DNA of 64,000 bases from Octopus sinensis (lineage: Eukaryota), in the NCBI RefSeq assembly GCF_006345805.1, contig NC_043024.1, positions 18,104,001 through 18,168,000 of the forward strand, written 5' to 3'. Each line of letters starts with the position of its first letter. Position 1 is the stretch's first letter. Below, in pieces: positions 49,674-62,117 of the stretch. The position numbers were made by a program, and so were the translations under genes. Below the pieces are notes generated by a model. That model was given only the letters and a program-made list of their open reading frames with translations, did no database searches and was not told where the DNA came from.

Positions 49674-49883
49674 TTCAGGTCACTGCTTGGAAGATTCTGA
49701 GTTCAATTCCAAGCAGTGACCTGAACAATAATAATAATAACAACAACATCGAAGAATACCTTAGAGAACCTAGGTTCAAAATTTCCCCAAGACACCTGAT
49801 GTAGGCTGGAGGGTATATCAGCCAAAACATTGTGTTAAGAACAAACAAAATGAGGACAAATATCCATTGAATGTAAATAATGT
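49460..49883. mobile_element. Palindromic head-to-head dimer of the hammerhead-tailed SINE
   Basis: The left half is the reverse complement of the right half around the centre caggtcactgcttggaa (49676-49692) / ttccaagcagtgacctg (49707-49723). Decayed HHR at 49792-49835. Confidence 0.75.
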
Positions 49884-50580
49884 CCAATCTCACTGCTCGT
49901 TTACATCTGACATCTAATGTCTCAGATACGAAATATCATATCTAAAATCATTGCTGGCTAGAATTTCTGTACAATATCTGTAGTGATAATCTTAACAAGG
50001 GATTACTGTAGGCATTAAGAATACCAAGAGAAATCACAGATATCAGATGTAAGCCAACAATGAGACTGATGACGAAAAATGGGTAATGAGCCTGAAATAT
50101 GGCACATAAACCTATTGCCCTTTTTCATCTTTGATTTGACGTCTTGGACTTGCAATGTTGTTACAAAAATAAGTGCTAGCTGTAATTTCTATAGAATATC
50201 TATTGAGATATTCTTCACAAGGGATTGTTATATGCATATGGAATACCAAGAGAAATTGCAAGAATGTGTACAGAAATATGAATGGTTGGGCTAGCAGGAT
50301 GGCCTGCTGTGCTTACCTTGGATTGTAGGGTGACTTTGACTAGCGTCCGTGCCAGTGGCACGTAAAAAGCGCCAACCGATTGTGGCTGTTGCCAGCCTCC
50401 TCTGGCCTCCTTGCCAGTGGCATGTAAAAAGCACCCACTACACTCACAGGGTTAGGAAGGGCATCCAGCTGTAGAAACACTGCCAGATCAGACTGGAGCC
50501 TGGCTTCCCAGAATCCAGTCGAACCATGCTAGCATGGAAAACGGACGTTAAACGATGATGATGATGATGTGATCCTAGAT

Positions 50581-50928
50581 CAAGGGTTCCCAACCATTTT
50601 TTATCTATGGACTCCTTTGATTACTATTTTTTTCTGGTAGACCCCTCATAGCCATTCACTGTTTAAAAACTAGTTTTATAGAAACTTCTTTCAAATTTCC
50701 TATTCTGTTTTTCATACATTAACTTGTGTCGGTTGAACTCTGTAAAACATCAGAGAAAGAAACCTAGCTATTTCTTGCAATACATAACAATACATATATC
50801 TAAAGTGAATGTTTTTCAGGGGCTTAAAATACTATTGTGGGTTCCCAATTTACTATTTTATTGTGTGGACCCCCAAAAATCTTATATGAACCCTCAGAGG
50901 CCTTATGGACCCCAGTTGAGAACTTCTG
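50581..50928. mobile_element. hAT-type MITE
   Basis: Ends caagggttcccaacc ... gttgagaacttctg resemble CAGGGGTTCCCAAC TIRs. The left flank contains CTAGA, but the target duplication is not clean. Confidence 0.5.
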
Positions 50929-51324
50929 CTCAAAATGGTCCTAAGTCAAATAAATTGTATGTTGGATGACGGTGGGGTTTGCATTGAAGATGTTAGATTG
51001 TGGGATTTGAGGGAGATTTGGCTGTTGTCTTTAGCAGATCGGATTACCATGTTAGAGTTCACTCATTGATAGACACACAGAGTAATGGGTGGATAGAGAA
51101 AGAGGGGGGGAAAGGTAAGTAGGTTGGTGAGTGTCCATCTGTCTTCCATCCATTGAAGTAGATGGTAAAAGGATAGAAACAAACGGATAACATCTGTCAG
51201 ATAAATCGGTAAATATGAGAATGATACATTGATTAAGAAACTGATCCTAACAAACAGCTGAAGAGATCAAGGAACTGGAGAAGATTGAAAATATGTGTGT
51301 GCATGTGCATGTGTACATATATAC

Positions 51325-51357
<33 letters not shown>

Positions 51358-51599
51358 CTCTTATATTCTTTTACTTGTTTCAGTCATTTGACTGCAGCCA
51401 GCCATGCTGGAGCACCGCTTTCAGTCAAACAAATCAACCCCAAGGCTTATTCTTTGTAAGCCTAGTATTTATTTTATCAGTCTCTTTTGCCAAGCCATTA
51501 AGTTGTGGGGATGTAAACAAACCGACATTGGTTGTCAAGCGATGGTGGAAGGACAAACACAGACAACACACAAATACATACATACACATATATATATCA

Positions 51600-52085
51600 T
51601 TATTGTTATCATTGTCGTTTAACGTATGCTTTCCATGCTGGCATGGGTTGGATGGTTTGACTAAGGGCTGGTAAGCCAGAAGGCTACACCAGGCTCCAAT
51701 CTGATCTGGTAAAGTTTCTACAGCTGGATGTCTCTAATGCCAACCACTGCATGAGTGTAGTGGGTGCTTTCAAAGTGCCACTGGCATGAGGGCCAGTCAG
51801 GTAATACTGGCATCGACCACACTTGAATGGTACTTTTTACATGCCACTAGCATGGGAGCCAGTGAGGCGGCACTGGCAATGACCACACTCGAATGGTGCT
51901 TTTTATGTGCCACTGGCACTGAAGCCAGTCAGGTGGCACTGGCAATCACCACATTTTTATGTGCCACCAGCACTGGAGCCTATCAGGCAGCACTGGCTAT
52001 GACCACACTCGAATGGTGCTTTTTACATGCCACCAGCACGGGACAACTCAGGCGGCACTGGCATCAACCATGCTCAAATGGTGCT
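51600..52085 (-). mobile_element. Non-autonomous repeat sharing the RTE 3' tail, with about five ~62-bp tandem units
   Basis: Reverse complement of the RTE tail (cgtttaacgt...ccatgctggcatgggttgg...ctacagctggatg) followed by repeated gaccacactcgaatggtgctttt. Similar tails at 30536-30770, 39883-40022, 50340-50570 and 63240-63375. Confidence 0.7.
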
Positions 52086-52239
52086 TCCTCGATTTCAGCT
52101 CTTCGTGTTTTCTCTAGCGAGTAAATAATATGTGGAAATTGACGATTTAAAAGTCTGTTATCAGCATATTGGCATAGAAATAATTTTCTTTAGCCCTTAT
52201 TTATAAGTTGTATATATATATATATATAAATATATATAT

Positions 52240-53936
52240 CAGTGGCGTGCGGTGACTTCCAGGGTTGGGCATGCAATGAATTTCTTATTCCCCCCCGGCA
52301 ATTTTTCAGTAAAAAAATTTTCGAATTCCTACGATTTACATATGGGAGATTCTGAATATGCAATCACCCCCGTATGACCTAGATTTAAAAAAAAGCGTCA
52401 CCCTAGTACTATTTAAGAAGAGTGGTCCCATTGCGCGCACTCCCACATCCACGCTGGCTAGTCGTGACTAGTCGATCGTACGACTATCTAGCAAAGTAAA
52501 TAAAATTTTTAAACAAAATATAAAAAACACAAAAACACAAAGTAAATAATATTTTAAACAAAGTAAATAAAATACAAAAACACAAAGTAAGGATCGGCTA
52601 GTCATGACTAGCTAGCGTGGATGCTCGGGTGCACGCACCGGGACCACTCTTCTTAAATAGTACCCATGATTTTTAAATTGTTTGCAATACTCATCAAATT
52701 TGTTGAAATTCGAAAGTTCCATGAATTTAAACTCTTCTAAGGATGAATATCGTGCTTTTATTTGGTCAACTATTGTACTGATAATTTTGTTATAAAGCAT
52801 TTTATAATGTCGTTAGGGCTCAATATATTCTCTGAATTCCGATTCCTGCATCGACTCCATATTTTTCCCCTAACATATAAAAGATTGAAAAATTATCAAG
52901 TTTGTTTTCGAGTACAGTTCTAGTTTTATCTATTTGATCTTTACAATACACTATGTCATGACTTTTACTCTGGAGGATGTTAAATAAGACATCAGTAAAA
53001 GAAAAAATCTCACTGAATACTTCTAACAAAAATAAGAAATCAGGAGCTTTTAAAGTGTGTAAGAATCCAATTGCTGAATTTATCGTGGTATCATCCCATG
53101 CTTCAGGATTTTCAATGATATGCTCAAAAAGGCTGATTATGAAATGATAATTTTCCTTTGTGGTAATAATAAGCCGTGAGGAGTAATTCCATTGCTGTTG
53201 CCTTCGAAAATCTTTTTTTTAACAATGTTATCTAATGCATTAGCCCTTTTCGGTGTTGGTCTCCCACCGTTTATAATTAATTATTTTCCATCGAAGACTC
53301 TTTTCGAAAAACTATTTCTCAAAAATATCATTTATAACACACATTTCACTCATTTCGTAAAAGGCTGGTGGAAGCGCCGGTGTAAATTGTAAGTCAATTT
53401 CAAAAAGAGACAGAGAGTGGGTATCATGCGGTCACCTCATAGCATGACATACCACTGAGAGAGAGAGGAAGGGGGTACAAAATATTATGAAAGACCTTTC
53501 CTCCTAGCATCTGTTTTATCAATTCACTAAGCGAGAGAGAAGAAGGAGGGACAAACTAAGAGACAGAGAGGGAGGTCATGCAGGTCTTCCCACAGCATGA
53601 CAAGCCACTAAGAGAAAGAGGAAGGGGGTAAAAATATTTCAAATGCCCTATCCCCTTAGCATGTCTTTTAAACATGTCACTAAGAGAGAGAGAGAGGAAG
53701 CAAGGACAAACTGAGACAGAGAGGGAGTGTCTGACATGCTGGTCTTGTCAATGCATGACTTCTAAAAACAGAAGTAGAGTCACTGAGAGAGAAGGGGAGA
53801 CAAAATATTTCCAAAAGAACTGGACGGATTTTCTTTGAAACAAAGTAACTATTTTATCTAATTTTCCGATCATATGGATAAAAAAATCACAGGGCATGCA
53901 ATGCATACCTTGCATACCTGAGAGTGCACGCCCCTG
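52240..53936 (-). mobile_element. Internally deleted hAT transposon with a ZMYM1-like transposase fragment
   Basis: TIRs cagtggcgtgc / gcacgcccctg (10 of 11 match) with 8-bp flanks atatatat on both sides. Minus-strand fragments PKRANALDNIVKKRF, FEHIIENPEAWDDTTINSAIGFL, EVFSEIFSFTDVLFNILQSK and YNKIISTIVDQIKARYSSL. Subterminal repeats at 53400-53750. Confidence 0.8.
52406..52663. mobile_element. Foldback MITE nested in the hAT element
   Basis: Perfect 24-bp inverted repeat gtactatttaagaagagtggtccc (52406-52429 and 52640-52663) with imperfect pairing continuing inward. Confidence 0.75.
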
Positions 53937-54753
53937 ATATATATATATATATATAGTATACATCCCCGCAACTTAATGGCTTGGCAAAAGAGACTGATAG
54001 AATAAATACTAGGCTTACAAAGAATAAGCCTTGGGGTTGATTTGTTTGACTGAAAGCGGTGCTCCAGCATGGCTGGCTGCAGTCAAATGACTGAAACAAG
54101 TAAAAGAATATAAGAGTATATACACACACACACACACACACACACGTATTTGTACACACGCACAGGAGTGACTGTGTGGTAAGTAGCTTGCTTACCAATC
54201 ACATAGTTCCAGGTTCAGTCCCACTGCGTGGCACCTTGGGCAAGTGTCTTCTACTATAGCATTGGGCCAACCAAAGCCTTGTGAGTGGATTTGGTAGACA
54301 GAAACTGAAAGAAACCCGTCGTATATATATGTATATATATGTATGTGTTTGTGTGTCTTGTGTTTGTCGCCCTAGCATTGCTTGACAACCGATGCTGGTC
54401 TGTTTACGTCCCTGTAACTTAGCGGTTCGGCAAAAGAGACTGATAGAATAAGTACTGGGCTTACAAAGAATAAGTCCCGGGGTCGAGTTGCTCGACTAAA
54501 GGCGGTGCTCCAGCATGGCCGCAGTCAAATGACTGAAACAAGTAAAAGAGTAAAAGAGAATATATGCATACATACATACATATACATATGTACAACAGGC
54601 TTCTTTCAGTTTCCATCTACCAAATCCACTCACAAGGCTTTGGTCGGCCTGAGGCTATAGTAGAAGACACTTGGACAAGCTGCCGTGCAGTGGAACTGAA
54701 GCTGGAACCATGTGGTTCATAAGCAAGCTACTTACCACACAAGCACTCCTATG

Positions 54754-54816
<63 letters not shown>

Positions 54817-55451
54817 CATATATACACATATATATATACATATATACACAGACACACACATATATTTGATATATATATTTTGAATATATATATGCATATA
54901 TGTATATATAATAAAATTTATCACATGGAAAATTTCTTGAGTTTTTTTTACATACACATTTATGTGTTGCTGTGTGTGTGTATGCGTGTGCTTGTGTATG
55001 ACTAGATATATAGGTAGATAGATGCATACATACATACACACCATATGTAACATATATATATATAGTTACAAATACATTATAAAATGATGGATGAATTGGG
55101 TGGATGGATGACAAACCAGTAAGATGAACAAATAGACAAACATACAGATGATAGGTAGACAGCAAAAGACATAGAATGACAGAAAATATAGAGATATATA
55201 AGTGAGAGAGGTGGGTAAAGGAGAGGGTGTAGGGTTAGATGATGAGATAAGATTCTGAAGATGGTTAAAGCATTTGTTAATCCAATATGGATATTTACCA
55301 TTGTCTGGAGACAAACGGAAATGATGCTGGTGGAACAAAAGAATATAAAGGTTTCTTAGGCAATAATTATTACTCTTCCAAAGTCGATCACGAATTTGTG
55401 TCAGTGCCATCATCATCATCATCAGCAGGAATAGCATTATTATTATTATTA

Positions 55452-55554
<103 letters not shown>

Positions 55555-55759
55555 CATTTTTATCATTATTATTATTAAAATAGCACGCTGGGCAAAATGC
55601 TTAGCAGCATTTCGTCTATCTTCATGTTCTGAGTTCAAATTCCACCAAGGTTGACTTACCCTCTAATCTTTTCAGGATCAATAAAATTAGTTCAAGTTAA
55701 GCACTGGGGTTGATGTAATCTACTAGTCCTGAAGAATTTCAGGCTTTACACCTATAGTA

Positions 55760-55777
55760 GAAAGGATTATTATTATT

Positions 55778-55809
<32 letters not shown>

Positions 55810-55914
55810 TATTATTATTATTATTTATTATTATTAATATATTAATATTATTAGTATTATTATTATTATTATTATTATTAATATTATTATTATTATTATT
55901 ATATTAATATTATT

Positions 55915-55974
<60 letters not shown>

Positions 55975-55997
55975 ATTATTATTATTATTATTATTAA

Positions 55998-56028
<31 letters not shown>

Positions 56029-56135
56029 ATTATTATTATTATTAATATCATTATTATTATTATTATTATTATTATTAATATTATAATTATTATTATTATT
56101 ATTAATATTATTATCATTATTATTATTATTATTCC
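55760..56135. repeat. (TAT)n block
   Basis: Directly visible. Confidence 0.95.
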
Positions 56136-57560
56136 ATCTTTGCCCTTTTCAAGCCTAGCCAGGCTCATGGGCCTGGTTTCCCGGTTTCTGTGGCGTATGT
56201 GTTTCCCCTAGCTGGATGGGATGCCAATCCATCACAGCATTACTCAAGGAACAGGAAGAGAGAGTGAGAGAAAATTGGGGCAAAAGAGTACAACAGGGGT
56301 CTCCACCCCCACCCACCCCCTGCTGGAGCCTTGTGGAGCTTTTAGGTGTTTTCGCTTAATAAACACACACAATTATATATAACTAACCATTTACTTTTAT
56401 AGTAAATCCTAACTTAACCCTTTAACATTCAAATTACTCTTTCAAACGTTGATGATGTGACTATTGATTTTTTTAATGCGTGTACAATGTGAGAGGTTGG
56501 ATATGGCCAGTTTCAACATGACACAGGTAGAATATTTGTGCTGGATATGACCAGTTTAAATGCTAAATGATTAATATTATCTCACCTTTTACTGGAAACT
56601 GTTGTGGTTTTTATAAGAAACCTTGTGTCTCCTTGCAATTTTCTGGCTCTGAGATTATGAGTTAATAATAAACACATGTAGATTCCTTGTTATGTTATAT
56701 GTTTCTATACTGTAACCCTAAACACGAGGCGATATATCCACAGCTAGAATGTCTTTGATCCTACATCTATCCAGTTAGAGCTGAACCAGGGGTTAAACAA
56801 CAACTACAACTAAACAACACTATGCCACCAAGAATGGCATCAAAGCCATAAAGCCATTACAACTGACCAACAAAATTGGCTTCAACAAGCTGCAGCAGTG
56901 ATTGCTATGAGATGACTTAAATGAATTAAGGAGAAACACAAAGATTGATTAAAACACTAATTAACTTCATTAAAGATTGCAATAATTAAACTGAAGAATT
57001 GAAGAACCCAAATAGCTGCAAAATATTATCCAACCCTGACGATTTCTTCAACACTGGTGCTTAGTTACCATTATATGCTGATAATGTCTGAGAGAAATTC
57101 TTCTACCATAGTTGCTAGGATAGAGCAATGATCAGAATAATTTAAAGTCCCTTGCAGTATTCGTTCTAGTTGTTTACATTCTTAGTTCAAATCCCACTGA
57201 CATTGTTTTTACCTTTCATCTTTTTGCAGTCAATAACTGAAACAGCAGTTAAGCACTGAACAAGTTCCTTTAATTTCTCCTCTCGGCTCTTTCTCTCTCT
57301 CTCAGTCACAAATCCCCAACCACTTGTGGATACCCAATAGCTGATGGAGTGTCACTCCTATGGAAGGTGTCTGTGCTATGCCAAAGTAGGATAAACACTA
57401 AGAAATGAAAACCAATATCAGTCATTGAATTAGTATTTTCTTCCACTCTCCACAACAATTAACTAATGAATTATTAATTAGATTATTTTTACTTCACAAT
57501 GCATTATGATGGCATTAGATATTAATACCAGGCCATTTTGCATTGTTGTTGTTATTGTTA

Positions 57561-57612
<52 letters not shown>

Positions 57613-57826
57613 GACGTCAAGCTGGCAGAATCATTAGCACACTGGATGAAATGTTCAGCGGTATTTCACTCATCGTTACATTCCAAGTTCAAATTCCACC
57701 AAGGTCGACTTTGCCTTTCATCTTTTCGGGGTTGATAAATTAAGTACCAGTCAAGTACTGGGGTCGATGCAATCGACTATCCCTCTCCTCCAAAATTGCT
57801 GCCCTCGTGGCAAATTTTGAAACCAT

Positions 57827-58196
57827 TATTACTTCCACCTTAGCAAAGGTGGAGGTATCGTTTTCTGTCGCATTTATTTGATTGTTTGTTTGTCCATGGA
57901 CAAGATATCTCAAGAACCACTGGATGGATTCAGATGAAACTTTCAGGGATGTTTGGCCTTATGACAGGTACGAACTGATTAGATTTTGGGAATTATCCAG
58001 TATCGGACAAGAATTCTGGATTAGTTTTCCTGTTTTTTTACTTAAGTTTTGAAAGCTGTCGGGTTCATTTTTAGTATTCTCATTTGTGAGAGCAGTCGAG
58101 TTTATTTCAGATATTCTCATTTTAAAAATTATCTCCAACTAATTGTTGAGAGGACATTGGTGTTGCCTTGGTGGAGGTTTGTGCTCTCTGAGTGCT
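57827..58196 (+). mobile_element. Second HINE/DINE-1-like copy
   Basis: tattacttccaccttagcaaaggtggagg...ttggtggaggtttgtgctctctgagtgc, colinear with 20775-21135. Confidence 0.65.
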
Positions 58197-58410
58197 CTTC
58201 TTCTTATTGTTGTTGTTGCTGTTGTTAAGGCAGCAAGCTGCTGGCAGAATCATTAGCACATTGTATGAAATGCTTAATGGTATTTCACCCATCACTACAT
58301 TCTGAGTTTGACTCTCATCCTTTTGGGGGGAGGGGTGGTCAATGAATTAAGTACCAGTTACGCACTGGGGTCGATGTAATCAACTTGTCTCTACCCTCCA
58401 AAATTGCAGC

Positions 58411-59118
58411 CCTTGTGCCTTTAGTAGAAAGGATTATTAATATAATTATTATTAATGAGAAGGCAATGAGCTGGCTGAATCATTAGCACAGCAAAACGCT
58501 TAGTGACATGTCATCTGTCTTTACATTCTGGGTTCAAATGCTGCTGAGGATAACTTCGCCTATCGTCCCTTTCAGAGTCAATGAAATAAATACCAGTTAT
58601 GCACTGGGGTCAACTAGCCCTCTCCCCCAAAATTTCAGGCCTTGTGCCTTTAGTAGAAAGGATTATTAATATAATTATTATTAATGAGAAGGCAATGAGC
58701 TGGCTGAATCATTAGCACGGCAAAAAGCTTAGTGACATGTCATCTGTCTTTACATTCTGGGTTCAAATGCTGCTGAGGATAACTTTGCCTATCGTCCCTT
58801 TCAGAGTCAATGAAATAAATACCAGTTATGCACTGGGGTCAACTAGCCCTCTCCCCCAAAATTTCAGGCCTTGTGCCTTTAGTAGAAAGGATTATTAATA
58901 TAATTATTATTAATGAGAAGGCAATGAGCTGGCTGAATCATTAGCACGGCAAAAAGCTTAGTGACATGTCATCTGTCTTTACATTCTGGGTTCAAATGCT
59001 GCTGAGGATAACTTTGCCTATCGTCCCTTTCAGAGTCAATGAAATAAATACCAGTTATGCACTGGGGTCAACTAGCCCTCTCCCCCAAAATTTCAGGCCT
59101 TGTGCCTTTAGTAGAAAA
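58411..59118 (+). repeat. Near-identical 229-bp tandem triplication of one SINE copy
   Basis: ccttgtgcctttagtagaaa recurs at 58411, 58640, 58869 and 59098. Confidence 0.92.
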
Positions 59119-59194
59119 GATTATTATTATTATTATTATCATTCTTCTTCTTCTTATTATTATTATTAATATTATTATTATTATTATTATTATT

Positions 59195-59366
59195 GCCTTT
59201 GCACAGCTTCTAACACTGGAGATGTACTGCGGTGTCAGCTGTTCACTACCAGTGAACTAAGGTAACACCTCTTGTTTTTCGAGCACTTTCCAGAGTATTT
59301 CGGCAGTTCCAAGCAGTGCTGTTTTCTGCAAGTGCTCCACCTTTATTGCAGCCCCTATTTGTTCCT
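59195..59366 (-). mobile_element. Second, shorter Dong/R4-like 3' fragment
   Basis: Homologous to 1447-1620 (gcctttg.acagcttctaa...ctggagatgtac...aactaaggtaacacctct...ttttctgcaagtgctccac) and abuts a (TAT)n tract. Confidence 0.75.
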
Positions 59367-61519
59367 ATGTTAAAGGCAGTGAGCTAGCAGAAACGTTAGC
59401 ATGCCGGGCGAAATGCTTAGTGGTATTTCATCTGCCGTTACATTTTGAGTTCAAATTCCGCCAATGTCAACTTTGCCTTTCATCCTTTTGGTGTCGATAA
59501 ATTAAGTAGCAGTTACACACTGGGGTCGATGTAATCGACTTAATCCCTTTCTCTGTCCTTGTTTGTTCCCTCCATGTTTAGCCCCTTGTGGGCAATAAAG
59601 AAATAAGATTCGTAAGCACGCTGAACAAAATGCTAATCAGCATACTGTCTGTCTTTATGTTCTGAGTTCAAATTCCACTGAGATTAACTTTGCTTTTATC
59701 CTTTCAGGGTCAGTAAAATAAGTACCAGTTATACACTGGTGTCAATGCAATCGATAATCAACCACCCCACCGCCTCCATCAAATTTCAGGCCTTGTGCCT
59801 ATAGTAGAAAGGATTGGATTATTAGGGTAATAAATCTCAATAAGTGTACATTGTGGTATTTGTTCCAACTCTGTGCATTCTGAGTTCAAATCCCACCAGA
59901 GTCCTGGTAGCACCATGCGCAAGCATAGAGTATGTTACCCAGGATGGCCCTTCTGTTTGCTACTCCTGGACCCCACAAGAAACACATATTGCCTACAGTA
60001 GACCCCAAAGCATCACCCATTTAAAAGTACCACCCAGGGCAGACTGGCCCTACTGCTGGGCTCCCCACTCAAGCTACACTAGTGACACCATGTGTCCTTG
60101 AAAAACACTTTATTTTGCGTTGCCACAGTCCACTCAGCTGGCAAAAGTGAATAGTACCTGTATTTCAAAGGGCCAGCCTTGTCACATTCTCTGTCACACT
60201 GAATCTCCCCGTGAGCTACGTTAAGGGTACATGTGTCTGGGAGTTCTCAGCCATTTGCACATTATTTTCATGAGCAGACTGTTCCATTAGCTGAAACCCT
60301 TGTCATCGTAACTGATGGAGTTCCATGCCTAACGATCTACCCACCTATCTACACTTAATTTCATGTTGCTCCAGTTCACTCAGCTGGCAAAAATGAGTTG
60401 TAATTCAAATGGGGCCAACCTTGTCACACTCTGTGTCATGCTGAATCTCCTTGAGAACTACATTAAGGGTACGCAGAGTGGCTGTGTGGTAAGTAGCTTG
60501 CTTACCAACCACATGGTCATGGGTTCAGTCCCACTGCGTGTCACCTTGGGCAAGTATCTTCTACTATAGCCTCAGACTGACCAAAACCTTGTGATGGTAG
60601 ATGGAAACTAGAAGCCCATCATATATGTATATATATATATATATGTGTGTGTGTGTGCGTGCGTGTGTGTGTATATGTTTGTGTGTCTGTGTTTGTCCCC
60701 CCCACCCACATCGCTTAACAACCGATGCTGGTGTGTTTATGTCCCCGTAACTTAGCGGTTCGGCAAAAGAGACCAATGGAATAAGTACTAGGCTTACAAA
60801 GAATAAGTCCTGGGGTTGATTTCCTCGACTAAAGGCGGTGCTCCAGCATGGCCACAGTCAAATGACTGAAACAAGTAAAAGAATAAAGAATGTCTGTGGA
60901 GTACTCAGCCACTTGCACATTAATTTCTCAAGCTGGCCATTCCATTGCTCATATCAACTGGAACACTTGTCATTACCAATCATGAGATTGTGTGTTCAAT
61001 TCCTGGTGATGCATTGTGTCCTTAAGCAAGACTCTCTATTTCACATTGCCCCAGTTCACTCAACTGGCAAAAATGAGTTGTACCAGTAATTCAAAAGGGA
61101 ACCAACCTTGTCACACTCTGTGTCATGCTGAATCTCCCTGAGAACTACGTTAAGGGTACACATGCCTGTGGAATACTCAGCCACTTGCATGTTAATTTCA
61201 TGAGCAGGTTGTTTGGTTGAGTGTAGCAACTGGAACACTTGGGGTCTTAAACAACAGAGAGCCAGGCCAAGGGAAATGAGGTAAAAAAAAACTGTATATA
61301 AGCTTATTAGATGGACTTTACAACAGATGAACTTAAACAACACTACTTGTCTTTTTAGGGGCCCTGAAATAAGGCCCACTTTGTTGCAAATACATGGAGA
61401 GCCATTTGGAGTATGCTGTCCTTCTTTTCTTCCTTCTACTAGTCTGGGAGATGCTATAGCAATGGTACTGTGGCTGCTGATCACTCATCTCACACTCAGC
61501 CATTTAATTAACTTAGTCC

Positions 61520-61795
61520 AACTGAATACAGTGGCAATAGAGACCTTAAGCAAGGTTTTCAGATTGTCTTACTTAATGCTGAGACAAATAATTCAATATT
61601 ATCGACTACAATGGATATAGTAACCTTAAGCAAGGCTTTCAGATCATTCTACTTACTGCTGAGACAAATATCTTGAAACAGCTGACTACAATGGATGTAG
61701 TGACCTTGAGCAAGGTTTTCAGATCACTTCAATTATTGCTAAGACAAATTATTGATACAGCTAACTACAGTGGAAGGAGTGACCTTGAGCAAGTT
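61520..61795 (+). repeat. ~80-bp diverged tandem repeat, about 3.5 copies
   Basis: (g/a)accttragcaag recurs at 61542, 61622, 61702 and 61781. Confidence 0.85.
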
Positions 61796-62073
61796 AATCA
61801 GCACACATAAGTTATTGTTAATAACATGGATATATTGGAATGAATGAAGAGACACTTCAGAAGACACTGACTACTAGCATTTCTCTCTCACTCATTCTCC
61901 CTAGCTCTTATTCTTATTAATCACTCTTGTTCCTCTCTATTATTTATCTGCCTCTCTAACGATATGTCTGTATGACTGCCTGCATATAGATGTATGTGTG
62001 CATATACAGACATAATACATTCACACAGGTACAAACAAGCATACATGTAAATACACACACACACATATACACA

Positions 62074-62117
<44 letters not shown>

